Positions 18,952 through 28,565 of a stretch of DNA of 64,000 nucleotides are shown piece after piece. The DNA is taken from NCBI GenBank assembly GCA_041665525.1, contig JBAYIS010000001.1, positions 215,418-279,417 of the forward strand, written 5' to 3'. Each line of letters starts with the position of its first letter. Positions within the stretch are counted from its first letter, which is position 1. Under the pieces are notes generated by a model. It did not search any database. It was not told the origin of the DNA and saw nothing but the letters and a program-made list of their open reading frames with translations. This DNA is from Bacteroidota bacterium. GTDB lineage: Bacteria > Bacteroidota > Ignavibacteria > UBA10030 > UBA8401. The translations under genes and the position numbers were made by a program.

Positions 18952-20892
18952 ATGAAAATGAAAATGTTCAAATATTATTTTCTCTTTTTCCCCCTCCTCA
19001 TACGCGCACAGAATACAGTCCATTCTCTGGACCAAGATTTGATGGAAGAGTTCATGAATTCTGATAGTGAAGAACAAGATGTGCAGGCAAAAGGAGAGGA
19101 ACTGGATTTCCTGCTTTCCCATCCCGTAAATATTTCCGAACCTCATTTTGATGAGTTGTTGAAGATACCGTTTGTCTCTCCGCTTCTTGCAGAATCGATT
19201 ATTCGATTTACCGATACCAACTCCGTTACGAAGATCAGTCAACTGGAGGATGTTTTTTTGATGACACCGGTTCTTTTAGCAAAGATCACTCCATTTATTA
19301 CCGTGGAGCAACGTGAAGCGAAAAAGAGTCTTTGGTCATCAATGCCGATTAAAGCGGTTTCACGTTCCAGGTTGGAACGACGATTTCAGGGAACGAAAGG
19401 ATTTGCTGAAGGGAAATACAGCGGGGATAGGAATGGAATATATCAGCGCATCCGTCTGGGGAATGCTGATTATGAACTGGCAGCTGTTTCGGAAAAGGAT
19501 GCAGGGGAGAATTATGCAAATGCATTCGTATCTGGTTACGTGAGCATACGGAAATTAGCAAATATAGAGGATCTTGTGATTGGGAATTTTATGATTGCTT
19601 CATCGCAAGGCATGGTTTTTTCCCGTTCGATGAAACCCGGCAAAGGGGCAAATGCTGCGGATCAGGCTATGCAAAAAGGAAAGAAAATTATCCCCGTCAC
19701 TTCGACGGATGAATTTCGTTTCTTCCAGGGTGCGGCAGCAAGGATACGGTACGATGGAATAAGCATGATCGGATTTTATTCGAAAAGAACTTTGCCTGCG
19801 TCCGTTGATCCGAATGGGTCGATAAAGAGTTTTTATACATCCGGATTGTACCGCACCTCCGATGAAAAAGAAAAAATAAATACTGTTGGTGAGGTTGTAA
19901 CGGGCGGTGTTCTGGAATACTCACCGGATGGAAAGTCAACAGTTGGTATGACAGCGCTGAATGTTCATTATTCAAAGTCACTTCCGCCAAATGTGCTTGA
20001 TCTTCACGGAAAGAGTTCACTTTCTGCGGGAAGTGTTTCCTGGCTTATTCCTCTTGCCGGATTCACTTCCTTTGGAGAAATTGCGTCGAACGATGGGAAA
20101 TCCTACAGCCGGTCCATTGGCGCCGCAATAAGTATTTCAAAATCAATTTCTGCAGGATATCATCATCGATCGTATTCCGGCAAATATCGTAATCCGTTTG
20201 CACATCCTTTCGGGGAGTTGAGCGATATCAGTGACGGAGAACAGGGGAACTATCTCGGTGTTGAATTCATGGTGGAAAAAGCTTCGATCAGTTTTTATGC
20301 GGATCATTTCACCCAGCCGGCGCGATCAGATGGTTTTCCGGCGTTTGGCAAGGAAACCTTTATCGCATGTTCTCTTCCTATCGGCCCTTCTTTGGAGTCG
20401 ATGATTCAATTACGTCGAAAGTCATTTTCCTCATCGGTAGAAAAAATTCAAACAAATTACCGGTTGACAAATAATATCAAAGTCTTCTCAGGATTAAGCA
20501 TTTCTCATAGGATAGAAGTCGTTACAGTAACTAGCGAGATTACTCAACCTCCTGAACATGGGACGTTGACATTTCTCGATGCATCATTTAATGATACACA
20601 GAATGGAATTCGGTTGAAATCCAGAATAGTATTTTTTGATACACACTCATACGATTCCCGTCTATATCAATATGAATCCGATGTTGCCGGGAATTATTCA
20701 AATCCGCCATTATATGGCAAAGGAATTCGTTGGTATCTGGTTGCAGGATACGAGATCATTGATAATTTCACACTGTCACTCAAATACTCTGAAACGAAAA
20801 AACTTCATGAAGTAGTACTGGGAAGCGGAGATGATGTAATCCGCGGAAACCTGGAGAGCCGTATCGCAATGCAATTAGATTTTCAGATGTAG
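18952..20892 (+). CDS. Large outer-membrane-type protein with N-terminal helix-hairpin-helix (ComEA-like) motif
   Basis: It has a signal peptide. NISEPHFDELLKIPFVSPLLAESIIRF resembles an HhH DNA-binding motif. The remaining ~500 aa is beta-strand-like and ends ...RIAMQLDFQM. Confidence 0.45.
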   Translation: MKMKMFKYYFLFFPLLIRAQNTVHSLDQDLMEEFMNSDSEEQDVQAKGEELDFLLSHPVNISEPHFDELLKIPFVSPLLAESIIRFTDTNSVTKISQLEDVFLMTPVLLAKITPFITVEQREAKKSLWSSMPIKAVSRSRLERRFQGTKGFAEGKYSGDRNGIYQRIRLGNADYELAAVSEKDAGENYANAFVSGYVSIRKLANIEDLVIGNFMIASSQGMVFSRSMKPGKGANAADQAMQKGKKIIPVTSTDEFRFFQGAAARIRYDGISMIGFYSKRTLPASVDPNGSIKSFYTSGLYRTSDEKEKINTVGEVVTGGVLEYSPDGKSTVGMTALNVHYSKSLPPNVLDLHGKSSLSAGSVSWLIPLAGFTSFGEIASNDGKSYSRSIGAAISISKSISAGYHHRSYSGKYRNPFAHPFGELSDISDGEQGNYLGVEFMVEKASISFYADHFTQPARSDGFPAFGKETFIACSLPIGPSLESMIQLRRKSFSSSVEKIQTNYRLTNNIKVFSGLSISHRIEVVTVTSEITQPPEHGTLTFLDASFNDTQNGIRLKSRIVFFDTHSYDSRLYQYESDVAGNYSNPPLYGKGIRWYLVAGYEIIDNFTLSLKYSETKKLHEVVLGSGDDVIRGNLESRIAMQLDFQM

Positions 20893-20915
20893 CGAATTTT
20901 CTGTAAATTAGGACA

Positions 20916-22043
20916 ATGAAATCTTCTGAAAAAAATAAGACAGTAATTCTTGGAATGTCCGGCGGCGTGGATTCGTCTGTCTGTGCTGCTCTTTTGGTAG
21001 AACAGGGATATTCCGTTATCGGTGTGACGATTAAAACGTTCAATTATGACGATGTTGGCGGAACGATAGAGGGAGATAAGAGCTGCTGTTCGCTGGACGG
21101 CATCAATGATGCCCGGTTGATTGCAGCCAAACTCGGCTTTCCACATTATGTAATGGACTTTTCTGAAGTCTTTGGCGCGCAAGTGATCGATAATTTTATC
21201 GACGAATATATGCACGGCAGAACCCCGAATCCCTGCGTTATCTGCAATCGGAAAATTAAATGGGAAGAATTGCTGCGGAAGGGGAAACAACTTGGCGCTG
21301 ATTACGTTGCGATGGGACATTATGCAAAACTGCGTGTTGATGAATCAACGAAAAGGTATGTTGTTTCTCGGGGGAAGGATGTGAAGAAGGACCAATCCTA
21401 TATGTTGTGGAATGTCACGCAAGAGTCGCTGGATCATACGCTCTTCCCTTTGGCGGATTATACGAAGGAGGAGGTCAGGGCGCTTGCCGTGAAATTTGGA
21501 TTGCGGACTGCAGCGAAAGGTGAAAGCTTTGAGATCTGTTTCATAACGGATAATAATTATGAACGGTTTTTAAAGCATAAACTGCCGGATCTGGAGAAGA
21601 AGGTTGCCGGCGGAAATATTGTAATGAACGGTGAAAAGGTTGGTGAACATACAGGATTTCCGTTCTATACCGTAGGACAAAGAAAAGGGTTGGGCATCGC
21701 CCATCCCGATCCGCTCTATGTAACATCTATTGACTATCAGAACAATAGTATCACTGTCGGTTATGAAGCTGAGCTGCTGCACCGTCAACTAACGGCGTCA
21801 AAATTGAATCTGATCAAGTACAGCAATCTTCATGAAGGGAAACGGCTGACAGTAAAGATACGCTATAAAGATACTGACGAGTCTGCCATTGTGACCCAGT
21901 TGGACGGCAGCGGTAACGGGGACGGACGTGTATCAATTGAATTTGAAAAACCGAAGCGTGCCATCACTCCGGGACAGTCTGTCGTGTTTTATGAGGGAGA
22001 AGATCTCGTCGGCGGGGCAATCATCGATCAGGCGCTTCGTTGA
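20916..22043 (+). CDS. mnmA: tRNA 2-thiouridine(34) synthase
   Basis: PP-loop ILGMSGGVDSSV, the NPCVICN motif and the typical length. Confidence 0.9.
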   Translation: MKSSEKNKTVILGMSGGVDSSVCAALLVEQGYSVIGVTIKTFNYDDVGGTIEGDKSCCSLDGINDARLIAAKLGFPHYVMDFSEVFGAQVIDNFIDEYMHGRTPNPCVICNRKIKWEELLRKGKQLGADYVAMGHYAKLRVDESTKRYVVSRGKDVKKDQSYMLWNVTQESLDHTLFPLADYTKEEVRALAVKFGLRTAAKGESFEICFITDNNYERFLKHKLPDLEKKVAGGNIVMNGEKVGEHTGFPFYTVGQRKGLGIAHPDPLYVTSIDYQNNSITVGYEAELLHRQLTASKLNLIKYSNLHEGKRLTVKIRYKDTDESAIVTQLDGSGNGDGRVSIEFEKPKRAITPGQSVVFYEGEDLVGGAIIDQALR

Positions 22044-22075
22044 ATTGTAGTCCGTATTGTCGAAGGATTTTCTAA

Positions 22076-23413
22076 ATGGCAACATCCACTTTCAAGATCC
22101 TCGTTTCAATCCTCCTTATTCTTTTGGTGACAACAGTTTCCTTTGTTCCCGCATTGTTCAATGGATGGACAACGTGGGACGATGATGTCTATGTCGTCGA
22201 CAATCCTTCCGTGCAGCAAATATCCGCAGAGAGCCTTGAGAGAGTTTTTACCACACCGGTTAATGGATCGTATCTTCCGTTATCGATGATCTCTTATATG
22301 ATCGATTATCAAATCGGTGGATTCGATCCGAAAGTCTTTCATGCTACGAACGTCCTGTTCCACATCCTAAATTCCTGTTTGATGTTTTTTCTTATGTATC
22401 AATTAACAGGCAGCGTTCTAGCTTCGCTTGTCGGGGGACTACTGTTTGGTATTCACCCGATGCGCGTGGAATCTGTTGCATGGATATCGGCCAGGAAAGA
22501 TGTTCTCTCCATGTTTTTCTTCCTGCTTTCATCAATCTCCTACCTTCGCTATATCAGAGTCAAAAAACAATCATGGCTGACGGCGGCATTTATTCTTTTT
22601 GTCTGTGCAATTTTGTCCAAGATTATCGTTCTGACATTTCCGCTGATCTTGCTGTTGTATGATTTTTTAAAGAAAAGAAAAGTCGATCCGGGAATTGTGA
22701 TGGAGAAAATCCCATTTGCACTTGTCGCAGCGGCTTTTTCAGTGATCGGATTAATCGGCCAACAAAGTGTCGATGCTGTGAAACGCTCGGCCAGCATTCT
22801 GGAAAACGGGATTGTATCGCTGCACGGGATTATTTTCTACATCGAAAAGTTCTTTTTGCCTATAAAACTTTCCCATCTGTATCCATACCCGTCAGATCTT
22901 CCGTTACAGTTCATCGTGTATGCATTCATTGCAATTGTTGCTTTGATCGCACTGTGGAAATACCGCCGGAATCAAATTCTACTCTTTGGAATTTTGTTTT
23001 TTATTGTCTCACTTCTGCCGGTGCTGCAATTTGTCCGTTTCAGTCAGATTTTCGCTGCGGACCGATTTACATATTTTGCTTACATCGGATTGTTTTATAT
23101 CGCTGGAATGTATTCTGCTAAAGCGTGGGATTCGGGAAAGCGGCGAATGGTCATTACATTTCTGATAATCATTACGGCAGCGTGTTCGTATCTCACGTGG
23201 GAAAGATGCGAAGTGTGGAAGGACAGCAACACCCTGTGGAAGGATATGTTATCCAAGTATCCCGAAGCGATAAGTGAAAACAGTGTGCGGAAAGGACAAT
23301 ACTTATTTCCGATCCAGCCAGTCCAGCAGACCTGTGATAAACGTGAGAGGATGCGGTGGACATCCGGGAATAAACAAATCGACCGGGTGATCAGTAATGA
23401 ACTGGCGGTTTAA
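22076..23413 (+). CDS. TMTC/PMT-like polytopic membrane glycosyltransferase-family protein, apparently lacking the usual C-terminal TPR region
   Basis: N-terminal FNGWTTWDDDVYVVDNP motif and many TM helices. The last ~37 codons read through the antisense of the convergent ferredoxin-NuoB gene. Confidence 0.5.
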   Translation: MATSTFKILVSILLILLVTTVSFVPALFNGWTTWDDDVYVVDNPSVQQISAESLERVFTTPVNGSYLPLSMISYMIDYQIGGFDPKVFHATNVLFHILNSCLMFFLMYQLTGSVLASLVGGLLFGIHPMRVESVAWISARKDVLSMFFFLLSSISYLRYIRVKKQSWLTAAFILFVCAILSKIIVLTFPLILLLYDFLKKRKVDPGIVMEKIPFALVAAAFSVIGLIGQQSVDAVKRSASILENGIVSLHGIIFYIEKFFLPIKLSHLYPYPSDLPLQFIVYAFIAIVALIALWKYRRNQILLFGILFFIVSLLPVLQFVRFSQIFAADRFTYFAYIGLFYIAGMYSAKAWDSGKRRMVITFLIIITAACSYLTWERCEVWKDSNTLWKDMLSKYPEAISENSVRKGQYLFPIQPVQQTCDKRERMRWTSGNKQIDRVISNELAV

Positions 23414-24052
23414 TTCCGGTGAATCTTTGAAGATTCCGCCGGAAATAGCACATGCGCCGAAAAGGATGTTGATCTTTGGCGACGGAACAGCGTCATAACA
23501 AAGGAATGTTGCTTCCGCCATCGCCTTTGGTAACGGACCGGTGAGAACGATACCGTCCGCATGACGCGGCGATGCGACAAATTCTATCCCAAACCTTCCC
23601 ATATCAAAATTCACATTGCTCAATGCATTCAGTTCCAATTCGCATCCATTGCATCCTCCCGCAGATATTTGACGGAGTTTCAGCGACTTGCCGAAGTATT
23701 TCCGGATTTTTTCCGACGCGATTTCAGGAGTAATCCGTTTTTGAGTCCCGGTAACCACCAATTGCTCACGAGTACTGCATGCGAGATGATATTCATTGGT
23801 AAAATGGATCGCTTTTTCCGGGCACTGCTGTTCGCAAAGGGGGCAAAAGACACAGAGACCAAGGTCGATGGATAATGGTTCAAGTGAAATTGCATTTGTT
23901 GGACAAACCGTCTGACATTCCTTGCATCCGTCCGGACATTTCTCCGGGTGGAGTTCTGGCATGCCACGGAAGAGCGGAGGCAGCGATGCATGGTGGACAT
24001 CGTGAACGATTGGGTCGCCCTGAAGGACTCGCAGTTGGATACTTTCAATCAT
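23303..24052 (-). CDS. Fusion of a 2x[4Fe-4S] ferredoxin (HycF/HyfH/NuoI-like) with a NuoB/HycG-type small subunit
   Basis: The N-terminal half has CPDGCKECQTVCP and CVFCPLCEQQCP. The C-terminal half has GGCNGCELE, GACAISGG and IPGCPPHP (NuoB/HycG cluster ligands). Confidence 0.85.
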   Translation of the reverse strand: MIESIQLRVLQGDPIVHDVHHASLPPLFRGMPELHPEKCPDGCKECQTVCPTNAISLEPLSIDLGLCVFCPLCEQQCPEKAIHFTNEYHLACSTREQLVVTGTQKRITPEIASEKIRKYFGKSLKLRQISAGGCNGCELELNALSNVNFDMGRFGIEFVASPRHADGIVLTGPLPKAMAEATFLCYDAVPSPKINILFGACAISGGIFKDSPELNRQFITDHPVDLFIPGCPPHPLTFITGLLDWLDRK

Positions 24053-24064
24053 AAGAATACCTTG

Positions 24065-25546
24065 TTATAGATCATGTCCGGAATATGAGAGATCAAAACT
24101 TTTGTTACACAGCGGGAAATCGGAAATAGCTTCGCTTCTGAGCGCCAGTCCCAGACCGTACCAATTATGGAATGATGGATCCTTAATTTTATACCGTTTC
24201 CAATCCCCGCGTTCGTCCGTGAATGCGCTATGGACAATCTCACCGCGCCAACCTTCAACGATTGAGATCACTCCGCTCTCTTTAGCCCGCGGCTGCAGTT
24301 CATTAAAAATCGGTCCCGACGGCAGATTTTCCAGTTGCTCAAATATGAAACGGATGGACTCGTCGATCTCCAACGATCGAATGCGCGCCCGCGCAAACAC
24401 ATCGCCGGTGGACAGCGTGATTAACGGTAGGGGTGAATACCGGTAAGCGCCGTATGGAAACTGGCTGCGAGTATCAAGTTCGATTCCGCTAGCGCGGGCA
24501 GCCGGACCAACCATGCCGATGGATTTTGCCCACTCGCCGCTGACCGTTCCCGTATGGTCTAACCTGGCCAGCACACTGGTTGCATCAAACATAACAGTAT
24601 TGATCGTTGAAACATCTTTTTGAACGAGTGAAAGGTTTTTTTTCAATTGTTCCAGAGCGGAATCGGAAAGATCAAACCGGACTCCTCCCGGGACGATAAA
24701 ACCGCGTCCGAATCGTGATCCGCACAAAAGTGCAGAACTGTTGATCACCATTGTCCGCAATCTTCCGTAGGAGGCGGAACCGATCGCATATCCAACATCA
24801 TTGGCGATTCCCCCCAATCCTGCAAGGTGCATGGCGATACGCTCCAATTCTTCCGCAATCGAACGAAGGGATTGTGTCCGCAAACTGATAGTTGCACGGG
24901 ACAATGATTCGACTGCCATTGCATAAGCAATGGAGTGGCCGATGGTTGTATCACCGGTAATGGATTCACACAAAATACTCTGTTGATTGGGGGATGCTGT
25001 CAACATCATTTTTTCGATGCCGCGATGCTGATATCCCAGATTGATCTCCAGATGATACACCAGTTCGCCGTGACATTGAAAACGGAAATGTCCCGGTTCA
25101 ATCACGCCGGCGTGAATCGGTCCAACGGCAACTTCATGAACTTCCTCACCCTCCATTCGATACATTGAATACGGTTGATCATCCAGTACCACAGTCTGTT
25201 TCCTGACAGGCCGCAGCCAAGGATGTCCTTCCGGAATGATATGGTGGTTCTCAGCCAGTTCACATTCAAAGTAGTGTGTTTGATGATGTACACCGGCAAG
25301 GCTGTTGAATTTTCTCTGTGCTGCGGAAAATTTCGTTCCAATCAGATGTAATGATGAGGTTGACGGATTACTGAGCAAGGCAATCACGGTAGTATCCGGC
25401 TGCGACGACTCAAGACCGAACAAACCGATCATTCGTGCATGCGTCAGCATTGCATCCCGCAGCGTTCCCTCAAATTCCTGAACGGAGACGATCGGAATAT
25501 CCTTGATACGAAAGGGTTGATGATTTTGTGCATTCAATGTCTTCAT
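24065..25546 (-). CDS. NuoC-NuoD / HycE-like large subunit lacking all NiFe-ligand cysteines (Ehr-type)
   Basis: VGPIHAGVIEPGHFRF and LGYQHRGIEK are typical of group-4 large subunits. The L1 position reads ESITGDTTIGHSIAY. The C-terminus reads FDLSYSGHDL where DPCxxC is expected. Confidence 0.85.
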   Translation of the reverse strand: MKTLNAQNHQPFRIKDIPIVSVQEFEGTLRDAMLTHARMIGLFGLESSQPDTTVIALLSNPSTSSLHLIGTKFSAAQRKFNSLAGVHHQTHYFECELAENHHIIPEGHPWLRPVRKQTVVLDDQPYSMYRMEGEEVHEVAVGPIHAGVIEPGHFRFQCHGELVYHLEINLGYQHRGIEKMMLTASPNQQSILCESITGDTTIGHSIAYAMAVESLSRATISLRTQSLRSIAEELERIAMHLAGLGGIANDVGYAIGSASYGRLRTMVINSSALLCGSRFGRGFIVPGGVRFDLSDSALEQLKKNLSLVQKDVSTINTVMFDATSVLARLDHTGTVSGEWAKSIGMVGPAARASGIELDTRSQFPYGAYRYSPLPLITLSTGDVFARARIRSLEIDESIRFIFEQLENLPSGPIFNELQPRAKESGVISIVEGWRGEIVHSAFTDERGDWKRYKIKDPSFHNWYGLGLALRSEAISDFPLCNKSFDLSYSGHDL

Positions 25547-26991
25547 AATGTGATTCCAAAATCCTTTGAGATTTGTATGACGGTGTCGTACAGTTGTGCC
25601 GGCATGAACAATCCCAGCACAATCAACAGAAGAAGCAATGTGAATGATGCAGCATGGACAATATCGAATTTTTCCACTGCAAGCGGTTTATGGTTCTTCG
25701 GAGGTGCAGTATAGAGCATCTGAAAAACTGTTTTGCTCATCCCAACGAAGATGAAAAAGAGGAAAAACAGTACTGCAGCCAGCAGTAACGGTTTTGTCAT
25801 CAATCCCTGAAAGATCAACAGTTCGCTGAAGAAAATGCCAAACGGCGGCATCGCAATAATGGCGAAGAAACCGAAAAGGAAAAGCCAACCGGTCCACGGC
25901 ATGGTATTAAGCACATCCCAAACGGAGGTAACATCGCGTGACCGGTAGGTACGATGAATATTGCCGGCATTCAGGAAAAGAACGACTTTGGTCAATGAAT
26001 TATAAACCACATGTAGCATTGCTCCAACAAACGCAATACCCCCGGTACCGATGCCAAGCGTGATGAGACCGAGGTGTTCCACACTGGAATAGGCGAGCAT
26101 ACGCTTGTAATTGACCACTTTGAACATGAAGACAAAAGCGACAAAGAGAGAGAACATGCCGCCAATGATCATGATCGTGCGGGCAAAATCCGCAGTAGCA
26201 GTGGGTATCATAATTTGATACACTCGCAGCAAACCAAGCAATGCCGTTCCCCGCAAAGAACCGGACATTAAAGCTGCCGCCGGACTTGGCGCGTTGCTCG
26301 TTGCATCGATATCGCCGGGATGCATCGGCGCTATGCCGATCTTAGTGCTGAGTCCGACAAAGACGAAAATGAAACTTGCTTTTAGCCAGATCGGATTCAG
26401 GTGTGTGGCATAATGAGAGTAGGAAGAGATCAACAGTTGATGCCCCGAGAGAACGGTGCCGCTTGCAGAGAGAGAAAGAAAGAGGAATCCGATGAATGCA
26501 AATGCGATACCGACCGAGACCAGGAAGAGATATTTCCACATCGCTTCCAGAGATTCCTCGTCCCGGTAATAATAGACCAGCGGTGCAACGCTGAGTGTTG
26601 TTGCTTCCGATGCAACCCAGAACAAACCGAGGTGGTTGCTGATCAGTGCCAGCGTATTGGCGAAGAGATACAAATTCAGCATCATAAAATAGAGCAGCTT
26701 GCTCTTTTCTTCGTTCACCAGAGCCGGGCGGTTGAGATAGGAATACGAAACGAGCACTACCCAGAAATACACGTGGGAGAGAACAAGCAGGAATAATCTG
26801 CTCAATGCATCATAACGGATGAATTCATTTTCTTCAGGCCGAACCATCCCGGTGAAAATTGCATACGATACTGCCAGATGCAGAATTGCGATGACAAGAG
26901 AAACGGAAAACTGCACCAGTCTGTTCTTCACGAGATAGTTAATTGCAACACCTGCCAGTGGAAGTCCGGCGATAAAAAATAGTTCAGTCAT
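25543..26991 (-). CDS. NuoN/NuoM/HyfF-type antiporter-like membrane subunit
   Basis: 482-aa polytopic protein with proton-conducting-membrane-transporter family features (LAYSSVEHLG). It overlaps the downstream gene by 4 nt. Confidence 0.8.
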   Translation of the reverse strand: MTELFFIAGLPLAGVAINYLVKNRLVQFSVSLVIAILHLAVSYAIFTGMVRPEENEFIRYDALSRLFLLVLSHVYFWVVLVSYSYLNRPALVNEEKSKLLYFMMLNLYLFANTLALISNHLGLFWVASEATTLSVAPLVYYYRDEESLEAMWKYLFLVSVGIAFAFIGFLFLSLSASGTVLSGHQLLISSYSHYATHLNPIWLKASFIFVFVGLSTKIGIAPMHPGDIDATSNAPSPAAALMSGSLRGTALLGLLRVYQIMIPTATADFARTIMIIGGMFSLFVAFVFMFKVVNYKRMLAYSSVEHLGLITLGIGTGGIAFVGAMLHVVYNSLTKVVLFLNAGNIHRTYRSRDVTSVWDVLNTMPWTGWLFLFGFFAIIAMPPFGIFFSELLIFQGLMTKPLLLAAVLFFLFFIFVGMSKTVFQMLYTAPPKNHKPLAVEKFDIVHAASFTLLLLLIVLGLFMPAQLYDTVIQISKDFGITL

Positions 26992-27623
26992 TAATCTTTT
27001 AACCTCCCAAGGACGGACACGTCTTGTTTTGCGAAAGTAGAACTGATCTTGTTAATCGCGATCCCCATCAGGAAAACCACCACAAAGACATCCAACATTG
27101 CGCCGAGTTCCACCAGCGTCGGCATTTCTGCCGCCACGGATGTTCCGAACAGGAAAATACCGTTCTCCAGGATGAGGAAGCCGACAACGTGTACAATCAG
27201 TTTCTTTCTGAAAATGATTAAGTAAATACCGGTAATCATCGCCGAAAAAGCCGACGCAAACGGTATCGGTTCAATCGGTGTGAAACCGGAAAGAACGTGC
27301 GATGCAACGAAGATCGCCGAAAGCGATGCGACCGTCAACAATAAGAAATTGAACGGCTGTATGCTCGGCTCCACGATCCGTTTCACATCCAGCTCGATCA
27401 CAATCTTGTCGATAAAGCGGGGTATGACGATTGTCTTAATGATGAATGACATCACCGGAATGATAAGGATATGTACTGACAGATGATCGATGAATGGGAA
27501 TATCATAATCACCGAGAGCAAGACTCCCTGCATGCGAAGGATCGAAACATACGTCTTGATCCGTGATGTCACGACAAGATACAGGAGTGTGAGACAAAAA
27601 AGAATGCTAAGGACATTTTCCAT
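26991..27623 (-). CDS. HyfE-like small membrane subunit (NuoK-related)
   Basis: 210-aa hydrophobic protein located between the HycD-like and HyfF-like genes, as in the hyf operon. Confidence 0.6.
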   Translation of the reverse strand: MENVLSILFCLTLLYLVVTSRIKTYVSILRMQGVLLSVIMIFPFIDHLSVHILIIPVMSFIIKTIVIPRFIDKIVIELDVKRIVEPSIQPFNFLLLTVASLSAIFVASHVLSGFTPIEPIPFASAFSAMITGIYLIIFRKKLIVHVVGFLILENGIFLFGTSVAAEMPTLVELGAMLDVFVVVFLMGIAINKISSTFAKQDVSVLGRLKD

Positions 27624-27635
27624 ATGAATCTCTTG

Positions 27636-28565
27636 TTAGTGACGAACGAATGTGTAGATAAGTAAGTTCAATATGCCAATGGCGGTGGCAAATAACAGGT
27701 ACTGCGGAATAACTTTCATTTTAAACCGTGCGATCATTGTTTCAACCCATGCCACCACGGAAGAAAGCAGCACCAGGACGATCAGGAAAACCGAAAATCC
27801 AATCCAGTGATTCTGCATGCTAAACGGATTGAAGAAGGATGCTTCATAGACCGCATACACCATCAGTTTGATATAACTGGAATATTGATACAGAAACAAA
27901 TCGATGCCGGAATTATCGAGGATCATCACCTCGTGGATCATGGTCAGTTCCAGGTGCGTCGTCGGATCGTCCACCGGCATTCGGGAACATTCCGTGACCA
28001 TCAAAAAGAATGCGGAAATAGAACTGACGATGATAAACACAATCGATGTCGGATTATCAAGATGGATGGAATGATAGATGTCGTAGATCGACGTGTATCC
28101 GGTGATGAATGCCAGACTTCCGAGCGTAAAAAAGTAAATCGGTTCCGCAAACACTGCGAAGGTTGCTTCCCGGGCGGCACCCATTCCTTCAAATGAACTG
28201 CCGATATCCATCGCACCAAGGATTTGGAAGAATCTTGCCAAACCAAGCAGATATGCGAAGACAATGATGTCTCCGTTGAAACTCAGCAGCGGACGAACGT
28301 ATCCGATCGGCAGCATCAAACTGGAAATGAGGATAGCAGAAAACGACACGACCGGTGCCAGTCTGCTGACAAACGATGCAGTGGTGGCATAGATCGTTTC
28401 TTTCCGGCTTAACCGAAGTAGTTCGTAATATGGTTGCCAGACCGGTGCACCGATCCTGCCGGTTAATAAGGCTTTTTGTTTGTTGATCAGCCCGACCAGC
28501 AGCGGAGATACGCCGATGATGAAGAAAAAGGGAAGAAGTCCCTGAAAACTTAGAAGTATGTCCAT
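27636..28565 (-). CDS. NuoH/HycD/HyfC-type membrane subunit
   Basis: 309 aa. N-terminal LINKQKALLTGRIGAPVWQPYYELLRLSRK matches the HycD/NuoH signature (R.GP...QPY.D..K). Confidence 0.8.
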   Translation of the reverse strand: MDILLSFQGLLPFFFIIGVSPLLVGLINKQKALLTGRIGAPVWQPYYELLRLSRKETIYATTASFVSRLAPVVSFSAILISSLMLPIGYVRPLLSFNGDIIVFAYLLGLARFFQILGAMDIGSSFEGMGAAREATFAVFAEPIYFFTLGSLAFITGYTSIYDIYHSIHLDNPTSIVFIIVSSISAFFLMVTECSRMPVDDPTTHLELTMIHEVMILDNSGIDLFLYQYSSYIKLMVYAVYEASFFNPFSMQNHWIGFSVFLIVLVLLSSVVAWVETMIARFKMKVIPQYLLFATAIGILNLLIYTFVRH

